A stretch of DNA of 57,926 nucleotides, filler included, from Porpidia crustulata (Eukaryota), in the NCBI GenBank assembly GCA_964255105.1. It is 8 parts of 8 records of this genome, joined end to end, with 100 filler letters (N's around TTAATTAATTAA, not from the genome) between each part and the next. Parts side by side here need not be neighbours in the genome. Positions count along the whole stretch, not along the records: positions 7,283 to 14,460 come from CAXUWE010001386.1; positions 14,561 to 21,731 come from CAXUWE010001387.1; positions 21,832 to 29,001 come from CAXUWE010001388.1; 5 more parts are not named here. One strand, written 5' to 3'. Position numbers and translations under genes: made by a program. Of the stretch, positions 12,400 through 25,303 are shown in pieces (within the stretch, counting starts at the first letter, position 1; every line of letters begins with the position of its first letter). A model generated the notes under the pieces. The model did no database searches, was not told the DNA's origin, and saw only the letters and a program-made list of their open reading frames with translations.

Positions 12400-13240
12400 C
12401 TATCTGTTTTTCGAGAAAATTGTTCACGAGAGGTCAGCGAATGACATTTTTTACAATAATAAATTGACTGATAACGAGAAATACGAACGTTGCTGATGAC
12501 TTCGACAGCGCGTGTCATACAATTTCTCTTGGTCGCGTTTTAAGCAGTTTTAAAGACATCAAAATCATCGTTCGAAGTCCTGTTAAAAAGCAATTATTCG
12601 TCACTCGTCGACTTTTCAGTCGTAAGATTATCAGTAACATCATTAACTTCTTAAAGTTTTTCTCTTCTTCGTCTGATTCGTTTAAGACAAACAAGACATT
12701 TGATGAAGACTTCGCTCGGACATCTTCTCATGCGTCAAAACACAGCCTTGACGGCAGCAGCAAGAGAAGCAGCGAAGACAACGAGCCAAAGGACGGAAGA
12801 TCCCCAAACCACACCACCAAATCTACTACTGCATCCTTGGAGAGATCAATGTGGAATAGAGCTATGTGCATCATAATACCCCTACTAAAACTAAAATTCA
12901 GAGTGTAATCGAATTTTGTAAGCGGATGAGTCTTTCTTACTTTAAAAGCAATGTTTGCAAAACGTTCAATACTTCAAACATTCGGCGGTACGAAATACGC
13001 AATTCAGATTCATCATTACGTCGTTAAGATTTAAAAGAAGAAGAAGAAGAAGCTAGAATATTACTTTGATTGCTCGTCGTCGTCTGATCTGTCTTCGATA
13101 AAGATGATATGATCAGTATCAAAACAGAGGCTTGAGAAGTATTAACACTGAAAGGATCAGAAATTCATGTCACTTAGACTAAAGCAGTTGTAGATGGCGA
13201 AAATGAAATGACTGGCTGTTAAATCAATGATATCTCCCAA
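12400..13240. other. AT-rich tract depleted of CC/GG dinucleotides; probable RIP-like mutated relic
   Basis: About 4 CC/GG in 12401-12720 and no CC between approx. 12885 and 13235 (by eye), while CG, CA and TG remain common; stop-rich frames. Confidence 0.6.
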
Positions 13241-13613
13241 CATGCAGTAGTAAATGTGCATCCGGCTTTTCTTGTTATACCCGCGTGGGTGGCATCTCTA
13301 TCAGTGCATTATATCGTGGACAAATTAGATATCAACGTTTTCTGCCATGCCATGATGGACATCAGGCAACAGAGCTGCAGCCAAGAGTCAAAGGTAGCTT
13401 ACGCATTGTGAGACATATTTGTACATGTCCATGTCTTGAATGGTGGAATCGTTCAATTCTTGCCGTTGTCCCTAGTACTGTTCTGTTGCCTATTGCCACT
13501 TATCTGTCTCCTTCCCATATCTGTAAAAACATCCACGAAACCCACGGGGAAGATACAGATGTGGAAAAATAAGAAGCATCGATACAACAACACATCTTCA
13601 GCATCCTTCCAAT

Positions 13614-14460
13614 ATGGCTGAACAGCAAAAGACATCCAAGCCTCAATTCTACGGCTACCCCGAAGCCAAAGAAGCCCACAGTCCTTTCATCAAAATCTCA
13701 AGCTCGAATCCAGTGTTGCGTAAAATACCACTGGCAATTGCAGGTTATGTGTACGTAGCATCAACTTTTGACAGCGCTGTCAGCTGAGTCAAACCCAGCG
13801 CCGCAACCTTTGGCTTTGTATCCAGCTACCTCTGGGCCAACGCCGGATTCGATAAGCTGCGAGAAGTCAAAGAGCTCGACGATTACGAGCCTCGCTACGA
13901 TCCGACTGTCATCCCGATATCATCCGAGCCCAAAGAGGATGCTGATCTGAAAGATCTAGATGACCCTTCGCAGGACTTGAGCAAAGGACGTGTAAATGGT
14001 CACTACAATACCGCCTACTACCGCCATGCATACAAGCAAGGCGTCTTCACGCCCACGGCCGTCGCTAAAGCCATCGTGAACCTGGCGTCGGATCCCCAGC
14101 ACAAAGCAGCCTTCTTGGACGTCAAACCATCCAAGGTCCTTGCAGCGGCCGAAGCTTCGACAAAAAGGTATCGAGAAGGTAACCCGTTAGGTCCCCTCGA
14201 TGGCATCCCCGTCGGTGTCAAGGATGAAGTCGACCTTGACGGCTACGAAAAATCCCTAGGCTCCTGCAAAGACTTCACCCGCCCAAGCGGTGGCACGAGT
14301 TGGTGCGTTAAGAAATGGGAAGAAGCCGGCGCCGTGATAGTGGGAAAATTGAACATGCACGAACTCGGCCTCGGTATGCTCCTCTTAAATCCCCCATATC
14401 CCCTCGCCCCCATGATACTAAACACCTCCCAGACACAACCAACAACAACCCCACCAAAGG
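13614..14460 (+). CDS. Amidase-signature family protein (GatA/FAAH-like), 3' truncated
   Basis: LWANAGF..LDDYEPRYDPTVIP N-terminus; GPLDGIPVGVKDEVD (catalytic Lys) and GAVIVGKLNMHELGL-DTTNNNP; two introns. Confidence 0.9.
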
Positions 14461-14560
14461 NNNNNNNNNNNNNNNNNNNNNNNNNNNNNNNNNNNNNNNN
14501 NNNNTTAATTAATTAANNNNNNNNNNNNNNNNNNNNNNNNNNNNNNNNNNNNNNNNNNNN
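14461..14560. other. Artificial contig spacer
   Basis: N44-TTAATTAATTAA-N44. Confidence 0.99.
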
Positions 14561-15060
14561 TTTATCTCCGGGGGGCCGGGGGGGTTGGCCGGGGGCGTAT
14601 TCCTCGTTGGAGTCCACACTTTCGGGTGGGGCCAGCGGCGGTTGTCGATGTGTTCTCGGAACGGAGTGATGACGGTGATCGTATGATACCTGGCGTCGCG
14701 CGGATTGACGGTGTGCTAGTTCCGGACGAGGTGCGTCAATGATAGGGCGGTGATGATTGGAAGTCCGAAGTCTTGAAGCAGATTCTGAAGGTCCAATATC
14801 GTCCGGCTCCGCGTTATGCACCACGTGCCAGTGTTCACTTTCCTCGAGCGAATCAGAATATTCCTGGCTACCGACTGCTGAGGAGGGCGAGACTTGCACA
14901 CCGGTGCCAGAAGAATCTTCTTCTTCGTCGGTAAGGGACGACGCTTGTGACGAATGTGCAGACCTGGTGTGACCAATCGTTATGTTAATTCTGGAGAACG
15001 TAAGGATGATGAGCAAGAACGTGAGAACAAGGGAATCTCTGCTGTGTACACTCACGGCAT
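14561..15060 (-). CDS. 5' part of a Ser/Pro-rich hypothetical protein (MPSAHSSQASS..DDIGPSESASR..), truncated
   Basis: ATG CC|GTGAGT intron..CAG, then an open frame running to the contig end. Confidence 0.55.
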
Positions 15061-16237
15061 GGGAGTAGCCGCTTGGAGCAAGGAATTATCTAGCTCGAAC
15101 CTTCCCTGCCGAAGAGGAGATCGAGCATAGATAGCCTTGACTCTGTATATTGATGCCAATTGCCCGACACCCTGCCCTCTGGAGTGACTATGGTTGGCCA
15201 AGAGAGGGCTATGCGGTGGTAAGGAACGGTCTTGTTGTCCTTGCCCGAGCCGTGTCAACTGAGCAAGATTTGCTGGACACCGTGTATGTGGCTATCAAGT
15301 TGCGAGGGTACCCTTAGACCTTTATGAGTTGAATCTCGGAGACTGACGAGGAGGGTTTCTAGTCAATGGGACTTCTGATCAAGCAGTGATGGATGTGAAA
15401 AGTGAAGCTAGGGTTTGGCGCAGATGTCTGACAATATAGTGAAGGATAGTCGTAAAATATTACTGCTAGAGAGGAAGGATATATAAATTTTAGGTGAACG
15501 TAACAGAGATGAACATATTGTTGTTGGTTGAGACAGGGAATTGGGAAGGGGTGCGACAGTAGTGGTGGGATGGTGATGCGGGACAAGTCTCCCATTAACC
15601 GTAGAGGTCTAGTTAATGGCCGTATTAATGCTGCCCTGGAGATACCATTGAGTCACTCGAGTACAAATGTAAATATTGACCGTGAGGACGTAGAATTATT
15701 GATTTCTATGTATATCCTTCGACATTTTATTCTAGTTGCCGGGCCCACCGCTCGGAAGTAAGGAAGTATAGTGCGACGGCCCTACAGGTGTCTTCTGATT
15801 TACGCTTGGGCTTGAGGTCGATCTGGATTCTCCTCGCGCTTTGAACACAGCTATTGACCTAATCAATGGCTGGAAAAATTCCTTGGAATCGTTGCATGCC
15901 CGATGTGTGCCCAATGTAATACGTAGCACTCCACTAATCGCAACGTTGAGCACTGCGATGCAATCATTATCATCTCTCTTGCAGCAGGCATCCACCTATG
16001 CTCGTATGACTCTGAGATTTTGCGATATCTCGCTCAGGCGCAGCCCGACCTCTCTCGAGCCATTCACAGTCCCATGCTTACCATCTAGCACAGGCGCCAA
16101 GCCTGCAGGCATTGTTTGACCAATATCATTTTACCTGCGAGCTTTTTCTCTCAACCCCACAAGGGAGATCTTGCACATCTACTTAATTCGGGATGCGCAA
16201 GGTTGCTAGCGTCCTTGCAGTACGAGCTTTCACCCGA

Positions 16238-17404
16238 TCACCTGTGTACGGACTGGGTACTTCTTGCGAGTAAACTCTTGACCGCAGCAATTTCGGAAGA
16301 ATTGTATGCGCCGTTATTCGCTTGTCTACTGATCTCCGCCAGCTTTGATGTCGCTTGTTCGTTCAGCCTTTGCAACGTCGGCATGGAAGGAGTCGGTAGG
16401 TCTGCGCTGTTGTCCGTGACCGGCGTCACAGCTGAGAAATTCTTCGGCGCGTTAGAAAAATGTTCCAATAGGCGATCTGAAGTCTATATTGCAGCGTTAG
16501 CTATGACCAAACGATCACAGAAATCATGAAACCCACTAGCTTCAGTCCATAGTAGCCTCTTAAGTATCCGTCGCAAAGCTCAATACTCCTACAGAATCTG
16601 CGGAGCGATTCGGAGAGCGTTTTGATAACATTGGTCTCAACACTGCTTGCAGCTGACATGAATAGTACCTCACCTAGGCGAGCGTGTATCTGCAGAGACC
16701 GAGTTAGTATCACGTAAAGAGCCATCTCAAAGATCGAGGAAACCACGCATCCATGCAACATACATTCCAAGCGTTAGGAGTCACTAAGAGGACTTCTTCG
16801 AGACAAAACTCAGCTCGAGAAAAAAGGCCCTCCGCTGTGTATAGATCCGATAGCTCCATCCACGCTTCAATATCGGTAGGAGAGGCCTCAAGTAGCTCGA
16901 CGAGACTTTGGATAGCATCGGCGGTCCTGAAAAAACTGCGAAGAAGCGCGATGCGACGTTTCATGACCGGCTGCAACTCGGGGGTCAGCGCCTGCTTCCC
17001 AGCTCGATGATCAGATGGTTTGGTACAGTGTTGACGGGATCTTCTGAGAGGACTTCCTGATATTCTTGCAATATCCTTTCTAACGCTGTATCATCCTCCG
17101 CGACAGCCTCTTGATAAAGGCCTCGCAGACCCATTACGCGCTCATTTGTGACTCCGAATCTGTCGATCAGCCTTTCAAGGCAGAGGTGAGCAGATTTGTC
17201 GTCTCCTGTTCGTAGACAAGCCAACAATAATCTCTCATACGTGGTCCATATTTCTGTAGAATCTGGATATGAAATTAAGGGTATAAAGATCGAGGTCCCT
17301 GTCGACGCATACTTTCGGAGGTATTGTTCAGTCTCCTGCGACAGGTTGAGAGCCTCTGAATGGGATTGTTGGAGAGTAGAACCCAGAGCTGTCGCGGTAG
17401 TCAT
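16238..17404 (-). CDS. EMC2: ER membrane protein complex subunit 2 (TPR protein), 4 exons
   Basis: WTTYERLLLACLRTGDDKSAHLCLERLIDRFG..NERVMGLRGLYQEA; KRRIALLR; PTDIEAWMELSDLY..AEFCLEEVLLVTPNAWN-IHARLGEVLF; RSIELCDGYLRGYYGLKL. Confidence 0.9.
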
Positions 17405-17908
17405 GATTCAAAAAGTAGTTCAATCTTGCCTCGGGTCGAGGATACTTCGACTGACGGGTTAATCAGAGTCTGTTTGTCATGAGAGCGTTGACCCCGGGAT
17501 GCACATATCTAGGTACCTTGAGCGCGCGAGGGCAAGCGTACCCGCCAATACCACTTCAAGCGCGCTTATGTAATGGGCATGTGAAGGTGTGATGCATTTC
17601 ATCTAATTATATGATTGTTTCTATGGGAGGATGAGACTCATGTTGCTTGAATGAAAGGCGATACAAAAATTTCCATACTATTAAGGGGGAACGCATTGCG
17701 TTGTTTACGCACACAATTGCATATAAATACTTATTCTCGAGGAAAGCATGTTCGAAAAGCTTGAAAAATGATGGCAATAATCCGCACCTTCGCGACATAA
17801 CGCCAATTGGACAACGGTCTCGGGTCTCAATAACATGGATACCGCTGCTGGCGAAAGCTATAATCGATGCTCTTCTACCTGTGATACTTGACTCGAAGCT
17901 TTAACGCA

Positions 17909-20900
17909 ATGTCAGATTACCAGATGTCCCTATGCGAATTCTATTGACTTGTGTGTAGGTTTGAAAAATCACTCTACGATCTCATCAGAGGTTTACGAAA
18001 TCACAAAGGAAACGAGAGGGAGTACATCCAGCACAGCCTTCGAGAATGCCGGAGCGAGATCAAAGGGTCCGACATGGGTAAATGCCCTCTGTAGCACGAG
18101 CAAGATTGTCACTCATACAGGTTCAGATCTAAAGGCTACAGCGTTGCTGAAGCTCATATATCTCGAGATGTTTGGTCATGATATGTCTTGGGCATCATTC
18201 CACGTGCTGGAAGTTATGTCAAGTCCTAAATACATCCAAAAAAGGGTAGGGTACCTTGGAGCTGTCCAAAGCTTCAGGACCGATACAGAAGTATTGATGC
18301 TTGCAACCAATCTGCTAAAGAAGGTGATACTCATTCTTCCTTGAAAATGAAGAACGTCGCTGAACTCAAGCTGGCTTACAGGACATAACATCTCCTGTAC
18401 TATCGACAATGTCGCTACCCCTGGTTACTCTGCCGCATATTAATACTCCTTCATTAGCATTATCCCTGTTGTCGGATCTGTTACCACGACTATCGCACTC
18501 CAACCCCAGCATACGTAAGAAGACAGTAGTTGCTCTCTATCGGCTGGCGCTGGTATATCCAGACACCTTGCGACCGGCTTGGCCGAAAATTAAGGATCTC
18601 CTCATGGACGAAGGAGAGGACTCAAGCGTGACTGCTGCTATAATCAATGTCGTGTGTGAACTGGGCTGGAGAAGGCCTCGCGATTTTCTTCCCCTAGCAC
18701 CAAGGCTTTTTGAACTATTGGTTGACGGAGGTAACAATTGGATGGCTATTAAGATAATCAAGCTAGTCAGTGTGGCTGCGTCCATACCGAGTATCTCAAT
18801 TAATGACTTTCTAGTTTGCAACTCTGACTCCCTTGGAGCCACGTCTGATCAAGAAGTTATTACCACCCCTGACAAATCTGATTCGTACTACGCCCGCAAT
18901 GTCCCTATTGTACGAGTGCATCAACGGCATTATCCAAGGTGGTATACTGGACGGCACAGAAGGCGCTCGCGAAGGGGATGAGATAGCAACTCTTTGCGTT
19001 GGCAAACTCAGGGGTATGATCATGGTGGAGGGTGACCCCAATCGTAGGTCAAATGTTGGCGTAAGGAAGCTACAGTGCTGATTTATCAAAGTGAAATACG
19101 TGGCCCTTCTTGCTTTTAATAGGATAGTGACCTCGCACCCATACCTCGTTTCTGCTCACGAAGACGTCATAATGAGATGCATAGATGATCCTGATATTTC
19201 GATACGCATGCAAGCCTTAGATCTTGGCGCTGGTATGGTTAATGGTGACAACATTGTGAGCGTGGTTGAGGGCTTGATGAAGCAGCTACGAAATGCACCG
19301 TTAACAGATCGTACTGCCGAGCGCATAGGACACCATACACTTGGCGTAGAGCCAGCAGCAGATTCTGACGGAGAAGATCCAGAAGAAACTCTCCGACCCT
19401 CGAAAGACACCCAGAATGAAACGCCAGCATTACCTGCCGAGTATAGGGTTTCAATTATCAGCCGTATTCTCGATATGTGTTCGAAGAACACTTACGCCAA
19501 CATTCTTGACTTCGAATGGTATGTCGAAACTTTGCTACAATTGGTGAAGCTTCTCCCGGCTGCATCTGTGGTTACTTTCACGACGTCGAACGACCGTAGA
19601 TTTGGCTTCGGAGATAATACAGAGTCCCTAGAAGACAGTGTGTCGTGTGCCATTGGTTGGGAACTGCGTAACGTGGCGGTAAGAGTCAGCTCCATCAGGC
19701 CCGAAGCAGTACACTCCGCGAATGTGCTGCTTGTCAATCAAGGAAGCGATAATTCTGGAGCTTCGACGCCTGTAGGTTGCGAAGGTGTCCTTCAATATGC
19801 CGCTTGGGTTGTTGGCGAATATGCTGGCAGCCTTCTTGATGCGCACAGCACCCTGGCTTCACTCATTCAGTCCAAAAACCATTCGCTTCCTCCTGTTATT
19901 ACATCTGCTTATATCCAATCAATACCGAAAGTTCTAATTTCGATAATTCTGAAAGACGGCCTTCGTTGGGGCTTGGAGCGCAAAACAATGATCTCTCTGC
20001 TATTGGCGAGGGTCGTCCATTTTCTGGAACCATTGGCCACGCATCCTGGCCTAGAAGTTCAAGAACGATCAATCGAGTTGCTCGAGCTCATGCGTGTGGC
20101 AATACAAGCAGTCACAGGGCATGACGCGGACAATGAGTACGGGCCTCGTTTACTTACCAAAGCCATACCGGCCCTTTTCTCAGGCTCTGAATTGAATCCT
20201 GTGGCCCCAAATGCGCAGGAAAAAGTACCTCAACCAGAAGATCTGGATCTGGACACCCCGATAAATCATACTCTGGTGGGACTGCTGCAGGGTGTCGACG
20301 AAGACTTTTCGATGGAATCCGAGTTCACAGAATTTGACGTCTTCTACAACCATCGCTCAACCCAGAAAGCGAAAACCGTTGCCGCAATTGATATGCTATC
20401 ACCTGTAGATTCGGTCATAGCATCCTATCAGCAAGGTGAGAGTGATACACTCGATCCAGATACCCTGGCTAGGAAACGTATCCAGCGTCAAGGGAGGAAC
20501 AGGGACGATCCCTTTTATATTGCAAGTGATGATCCTTCTTCTGGGAGTTCGACTCCTTTGCATGATATACTCAAGAGCACGAACGGTGAAGACGTTGACG
20601 TTGATTCTATACCGATTATGGATTTAGATCTAGGAGATAAAAGACTAGGGGCTGAAATTTCTGATGCGGCAAAAACGAAACCAAAGCGCAAGCACCCGAA
20701 AACATTCCACATTACAGGCGACGAGACTATCTATCTGGACGAACCAACCGGTGATCAAGCTCCCCAAAACGGCGCTGGAGCATTCAATGCCAGTGGCCAG
20801 TCAACACGTCAACGTGATAAATCCAGGAAGCCCTTGCTTGAAGTCGACTCTAGTAGCCTGGGCGCATTCTCGCTCGAAGGTGACGACAACGTGAGGGGTT

Positions 20901-21277
20901 CATCGGACATTGAGAAGCGAGAAATCGATGATGCTGAGATGGCAAAAGCACTTCAAGAGGTGGAGCGGTTGCGTTTGGAAATGCAACGGGCCTCTGAGCG
21001 GGTTCAAGCTGCGGATGGAGTTCCTCCCGAAGGTACGCTGGTAAAGAAGAAGAAAAAGAAGAAGACAAAGAAGGACGTCACTCTGGAAGGATCAGCGGCA
21101 TTAGAATTCCAAGGCAGTACCGAAAATGGAGTCGGTGTTGAAAGATCCGTCGCGGCAGACGATGCTCAAACAGCAAAGCCAAAAAAGAAGAAGAAGAAGA
21201 AGTCGCTCTCTTTAGAGCACGATGATCACGCAGCCATGAATAATGGACATAAAGATATCGAGGAAGTCGTTGAATAA
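17909..21277 (+). CDS. APL5: AP-3 adaptor complex delta subunit; start codon split AT|G by the first intron (17911-17958)
   Basis: MFEKSLYDLIRGLRNHKG; KLIYLEMFGHDMSWASFHVLEVMSS; KRVGYL; NNWMAIKIIKL; AMSLLYECING; LKYVALLAF; Lys-rich C-terminus. Confidence 0.95.
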
Positions 21278-21731
21278 GCGGTTGTTCTAGGCGTGGGACG
21301 CCCATATATGATTGTCCTTGCATAGCGGCGGCGAATATATTGTTGATATGGTTTGATAACAGCGATTCATCCAATAGGTATGCCTGTAATTAATACACTA
21401 GATCCGTTCCCAAGGACTCTGTTGCGAGCGAAGGGACTCGGTACATCGTGGAACTGATCCCCGTGGACGATATAAGACTGAGTGTGCAAATGTAGAAAGC
21501 GCAAATCCACATAAAAGGTGCTGCACCTAACCTTTATATCCGGCATCACCAACATACGTCACAAGGCAGGAGTTATCCAAGGCTGGCTTGGGGTTGAGGG
21601 ATCCTTTTGCTCTTGATACAGTCAAGTACAGAAATTGACATCTGTCAGTAACCTCCAAACCGGCAATCATTCCTGCAGAAAGCAGTGTCTCCCCCCCCTT
21701 TACCGGAACCGCCCCTTCAAAAAACACCATC

Positions 21732-21831
21732 NNNNNNNNNNNNNNNNNNNNNNNNNNNNNNNNNNNNNNNNNNNNTTAATTAATTAANNNNNNNNNNNNN
21801 NNNNNNNNNNNNNNNNNNNNNNNNNNNNNNN
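21732..21831. other. Artificial contig spacer
   Basis: N44-TTAATTAATTAA-N44. Confidence 0.99.
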
Positions 21832-23186
21832 ATCCGGCGTGGCGGGAGTGATTTAGCTTTTGGAGGATTCCGGTCACGGCGGACTTCCTATCGGTGTGGG
21901 CTCGTGACATGGTGGCTTCTGGAGCGATGATGATGGTGGGCGAGACGGCGAGGAAAGCGGCAGAGTAGTCAGCGGTGGGCCCGCTGACTGATGTGAGCGC
22001 GATTGACGCGTTGGAGTACAGAGCCGCGAGGGTCACTGTTAGAGGGTAAAGCAGACTGAGCGAGTCGAGCGGTAGCAAAAGATCAGCAGGTCCAAGGCGT
22101 TGAGATCTTGGTAGAGCTGATATTTGAGCAGCTATACCGGCTACAATATTCTATAGACAATGTCAATTGGTGATTCAAGAACATGGCCTGAAGATGCTTA
22201 CCTTTTGCGTAATTTCCACGAGCTCGTATTTCTCCAGACTGTTCGCGTCTGGCTGCCAGGCTGTGATGACATTTGGCACTACTTCCATTGCAGAGTGCAC
22301 GGGTGGGTCGGACGAAGTGGACTCTCCCCTCTCGTCGATGATCTCGTGCCAAACGGCGATATCAGCCCTACCTCCAACGCCTTCGGGCACTTCATTCCAT
22401 TCCATGTGACGACTGGTCCTCTCGGCAACCCAAATAACCTGCTTAAGGCCCGAGTACTGGTTCAGTAGCCCTTCTAAGGAGACTGCACCTGCGGCAGCGA
22501 CAAACATATCGGCATTTGTATCTTTCAACATACGAGCAAGAGTTCCAAGAGACTGCCCTTGAGGTATGAGGATAGGCGTGAATCCGTAGAAAGCCGAAGC
22601 TGTATGTTCCGATCAGTAGCGGGACGTATGATCGATGACAAGGCTTACCGAAGAAAGTGACCAGTAATTCCACCGAGTTTGGAAGGTATATCGCGACTCT
22701 CGCGCCTCGATGTGCTACAATATATGTCCCAACAGCTTTGATTTCTTTCGTCAACTGGCCGAGCTCGTATTCAACGACTTCCTCTCTGCCCAGAATTGTC
22801 AACATCTTTCCTGGCGATCCCATAGTATTCTCGTCTTCTCCTTTCGGGCCTTTGACCGCCTGTTTCCATACATCTCGCAGGTCACCGTCCCTGCCACTCG
22901 TCCATTTTGGAGTACCAGGATCCTTCACACTAAGTCCGGTTTTAAGCGGATATCCATGGGGAGTCTCGATGGACCTGTATATTGCAGACTCGCCCGGATA
23001 CCGTACAGGTGAAGTTGAAGACTGTCGAGCAAGGAGAAAAGTATGGACATCAGGCTCTGGAGTGAAGAACAAGGGATATATGAGGTAAGTCACAAATCCC
23101 AGGCAGATAAGGGTGGTATAAATGTTCCAACCGGCGAATAGCTGCTCGAGCTGAGAGTCCAGCTGCTGGAGCAGGGAGCTCGCCAT
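21832..23186 (-). CDS. AMP-binding (acyl-CoA synthetase-like) domain protein with N-terminal membrane anchor, 3' truncated, 2 introns
   Basis: Hydrophobic N-term WNIYTTLICLGFVTYLIYPLFF; PVRYPGESAIYRS; RVAIYLPNSVELLVTFF; EITQK-NIVAGIAAQ; DLLLPLDSL. Confidence 0.72.
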
Positions 23187-23985
23187 TGTTAGAGTGGAAG
23201 GCGGCACAGAACTTGTAGGCGTCTTGAGCTACGTTTTATTGAAAGTCATAATTTGTTCCAGATGGTGATGGGTTCACGGAGCACTTGTGTCAGAGCTGTC
23301 AAACGGCTCGGAAGCTAAAGGAAGCGCTAACTAGCCTGAAGCCTGAGGTACTCATACAAACCCCTAGTTCAGCCACGTTGACTTTAACTCGATCATGAAA
23401 CCCTGACCCTAAGTACGGTGGCCGAACTAGGGGTGTATACGAGTAAGGTAAGACCCAACTTGTCAACCTAGACATTCAGACATTATTACTACCACTCAAG
23501 GTACTCGAACCTCTTCGATATCTCATTATTCAAGATCTCCCAACACACTTATACCATTGGTGAAGTAGAATACACTTCCAGGTACCCTGAACATCGGGTT
23601 GATGTTCAGGGTTAGGGTTGTGGGTTTCGGGATATGCCCTGTCAGAAATACTGGAGAGAGTGCGAGGGACTAATAATGTCAAGATGACGAGTGTATATTC
23701 TACGATACGCCTAGACAAATATCTTGAGATTCAGCAATATGCAATTACCTCATCTTACGAGATTGAAGCGACTGAGTTTTGTGCGAAGTGCTTTGACAAA
23801 CTCCGTGCGTTGTAAGAAGTATATAAGGGCTTCTTCGGCTTGTGGAGAAGGAACTATGTACAGATATGGAGACGAGTGGACATATAACATGAACATAAAA
23901 GACTCGTCTAGTATGGTCCTCCAAATCCTCGAAAAGGATACAAGATGTCGAGAAGAATATCAATATGAGAATTGTCAAGCCGTTT

Positions 23986-25303
23986 CTATAACTTACTCTT
24001 CCCAACCCCCCAAATCTCCGCTCCAGGGTTATTCATATTCTCGCCTACCGTACCCGTCGATGGCTCCGCTGACGATCTGGACTCTTTGCCTATGATCAGC
24101 GAACTCGCTTTATTAAGTGACTCTTCCGCTTCACGCTCGATTCGCTTGACCAGTTCGTCACATGAAGGTATATCATGAATCAGTCCAATGACCTGGCCTG
24201 CTGTCCATACCTTTGATACAAGAATGAATTAGTTATTGAAGAGCATTGAGGGTACAGCAAGCGGAACTTAGGACTCGGAACTCACTCCATGATCTACGTC
24301 TCCGTTGATGAAGACTTCGCGACCTCGCTTGCCGCTGACGTATGGCGCAACATCCTCAAATTTCCCACTCGTACTTTCTTTCTCCACCTTTACTGCTTCT
24401 TTTGCAATCTTGTTTGCGAATAATCTTGACGTATTCTTCCACCTCCTGAGCACAAGCTCTGTGTCAGTTTCTTGTGCATCTACAATCGCCTGCTTCACTT
24501 TCAAATGTATGGGCGCCTCTACTGTGCACATGAATCTCGTTCCCATGTTGATGCCCTCGGCGCCTAAGCTTAATGCTGCAGCAAGTCCTTGACCATCTGC
24601 AAAACCGCCCGAAGCGATGAATGGTACGTCTAGTGATTGCCGGGCTCTGCTGAGGAGAATAAAATTTGTGATATCTGACTCTCCAACGTGGCCAGCACAC
24701 TCAAAGCCATCAATTGAGAGGAAGTCAACACCAAGTTTGATGGCGGACTGAGCGTGACGGATTGTAGTGCATTTATGCAGTACCGTGCAGCTAGCGGCTT
24801 TAAATTGCTTTATGACGGGTCCCGGACTATTGCCGGCAGTCTCCACAATCCTGATACCCTCGTCGATTATGACCTTCGCATAGCCGTGGTAGTCAGGTGG
24901 GACAAGGGCGGGGAGGAGCGTGAGATTCACCCCAAAGGGGTTCTTGGTCATCGTTCGACATCTTCGGATTTCTTTGCGAAGGTCTTCTGGCGTAGGTTGC
25001 GTAAGAGCAGTGAGCTGGAGTGAAGCGTTAGTCCCAAGTCTCGAGATCTAGATTCTTGAAATCTATACTATCCCCAGTCCCCCAGCATTGCTGACTGCAC
25101 TAGCAAGCTCTGCATATCCAACCCTAATGGATTATATTAGTGCCACTGGTCACGAGGATAACAATGCATTGAATAGAGTATACCATTGCATTCCTCCTTG
25201 GACTACGGGGACTATGGCTCTGTTAGCAAGACCAGTTCACCTGAAGGTGGGGGATCGTACTTTTGATGCCGAGTTGCCTCGTGAGGGCTGTACTGAAAGG
25301 CAT
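23986..25303 (-). CDS. Nitronate monooxygenase / 2-nitropropane dioxygenase (FMN TIM barrel), C-terminal SKL
   Basis: [77 protein letters not shown]; ends GKSKL*; 4 introns. Confidence 0.93.

Noticed and set aside
13022..13060. (AAG)n run
   Set aside because: Short ordinary microsatellite within the mutated tract.
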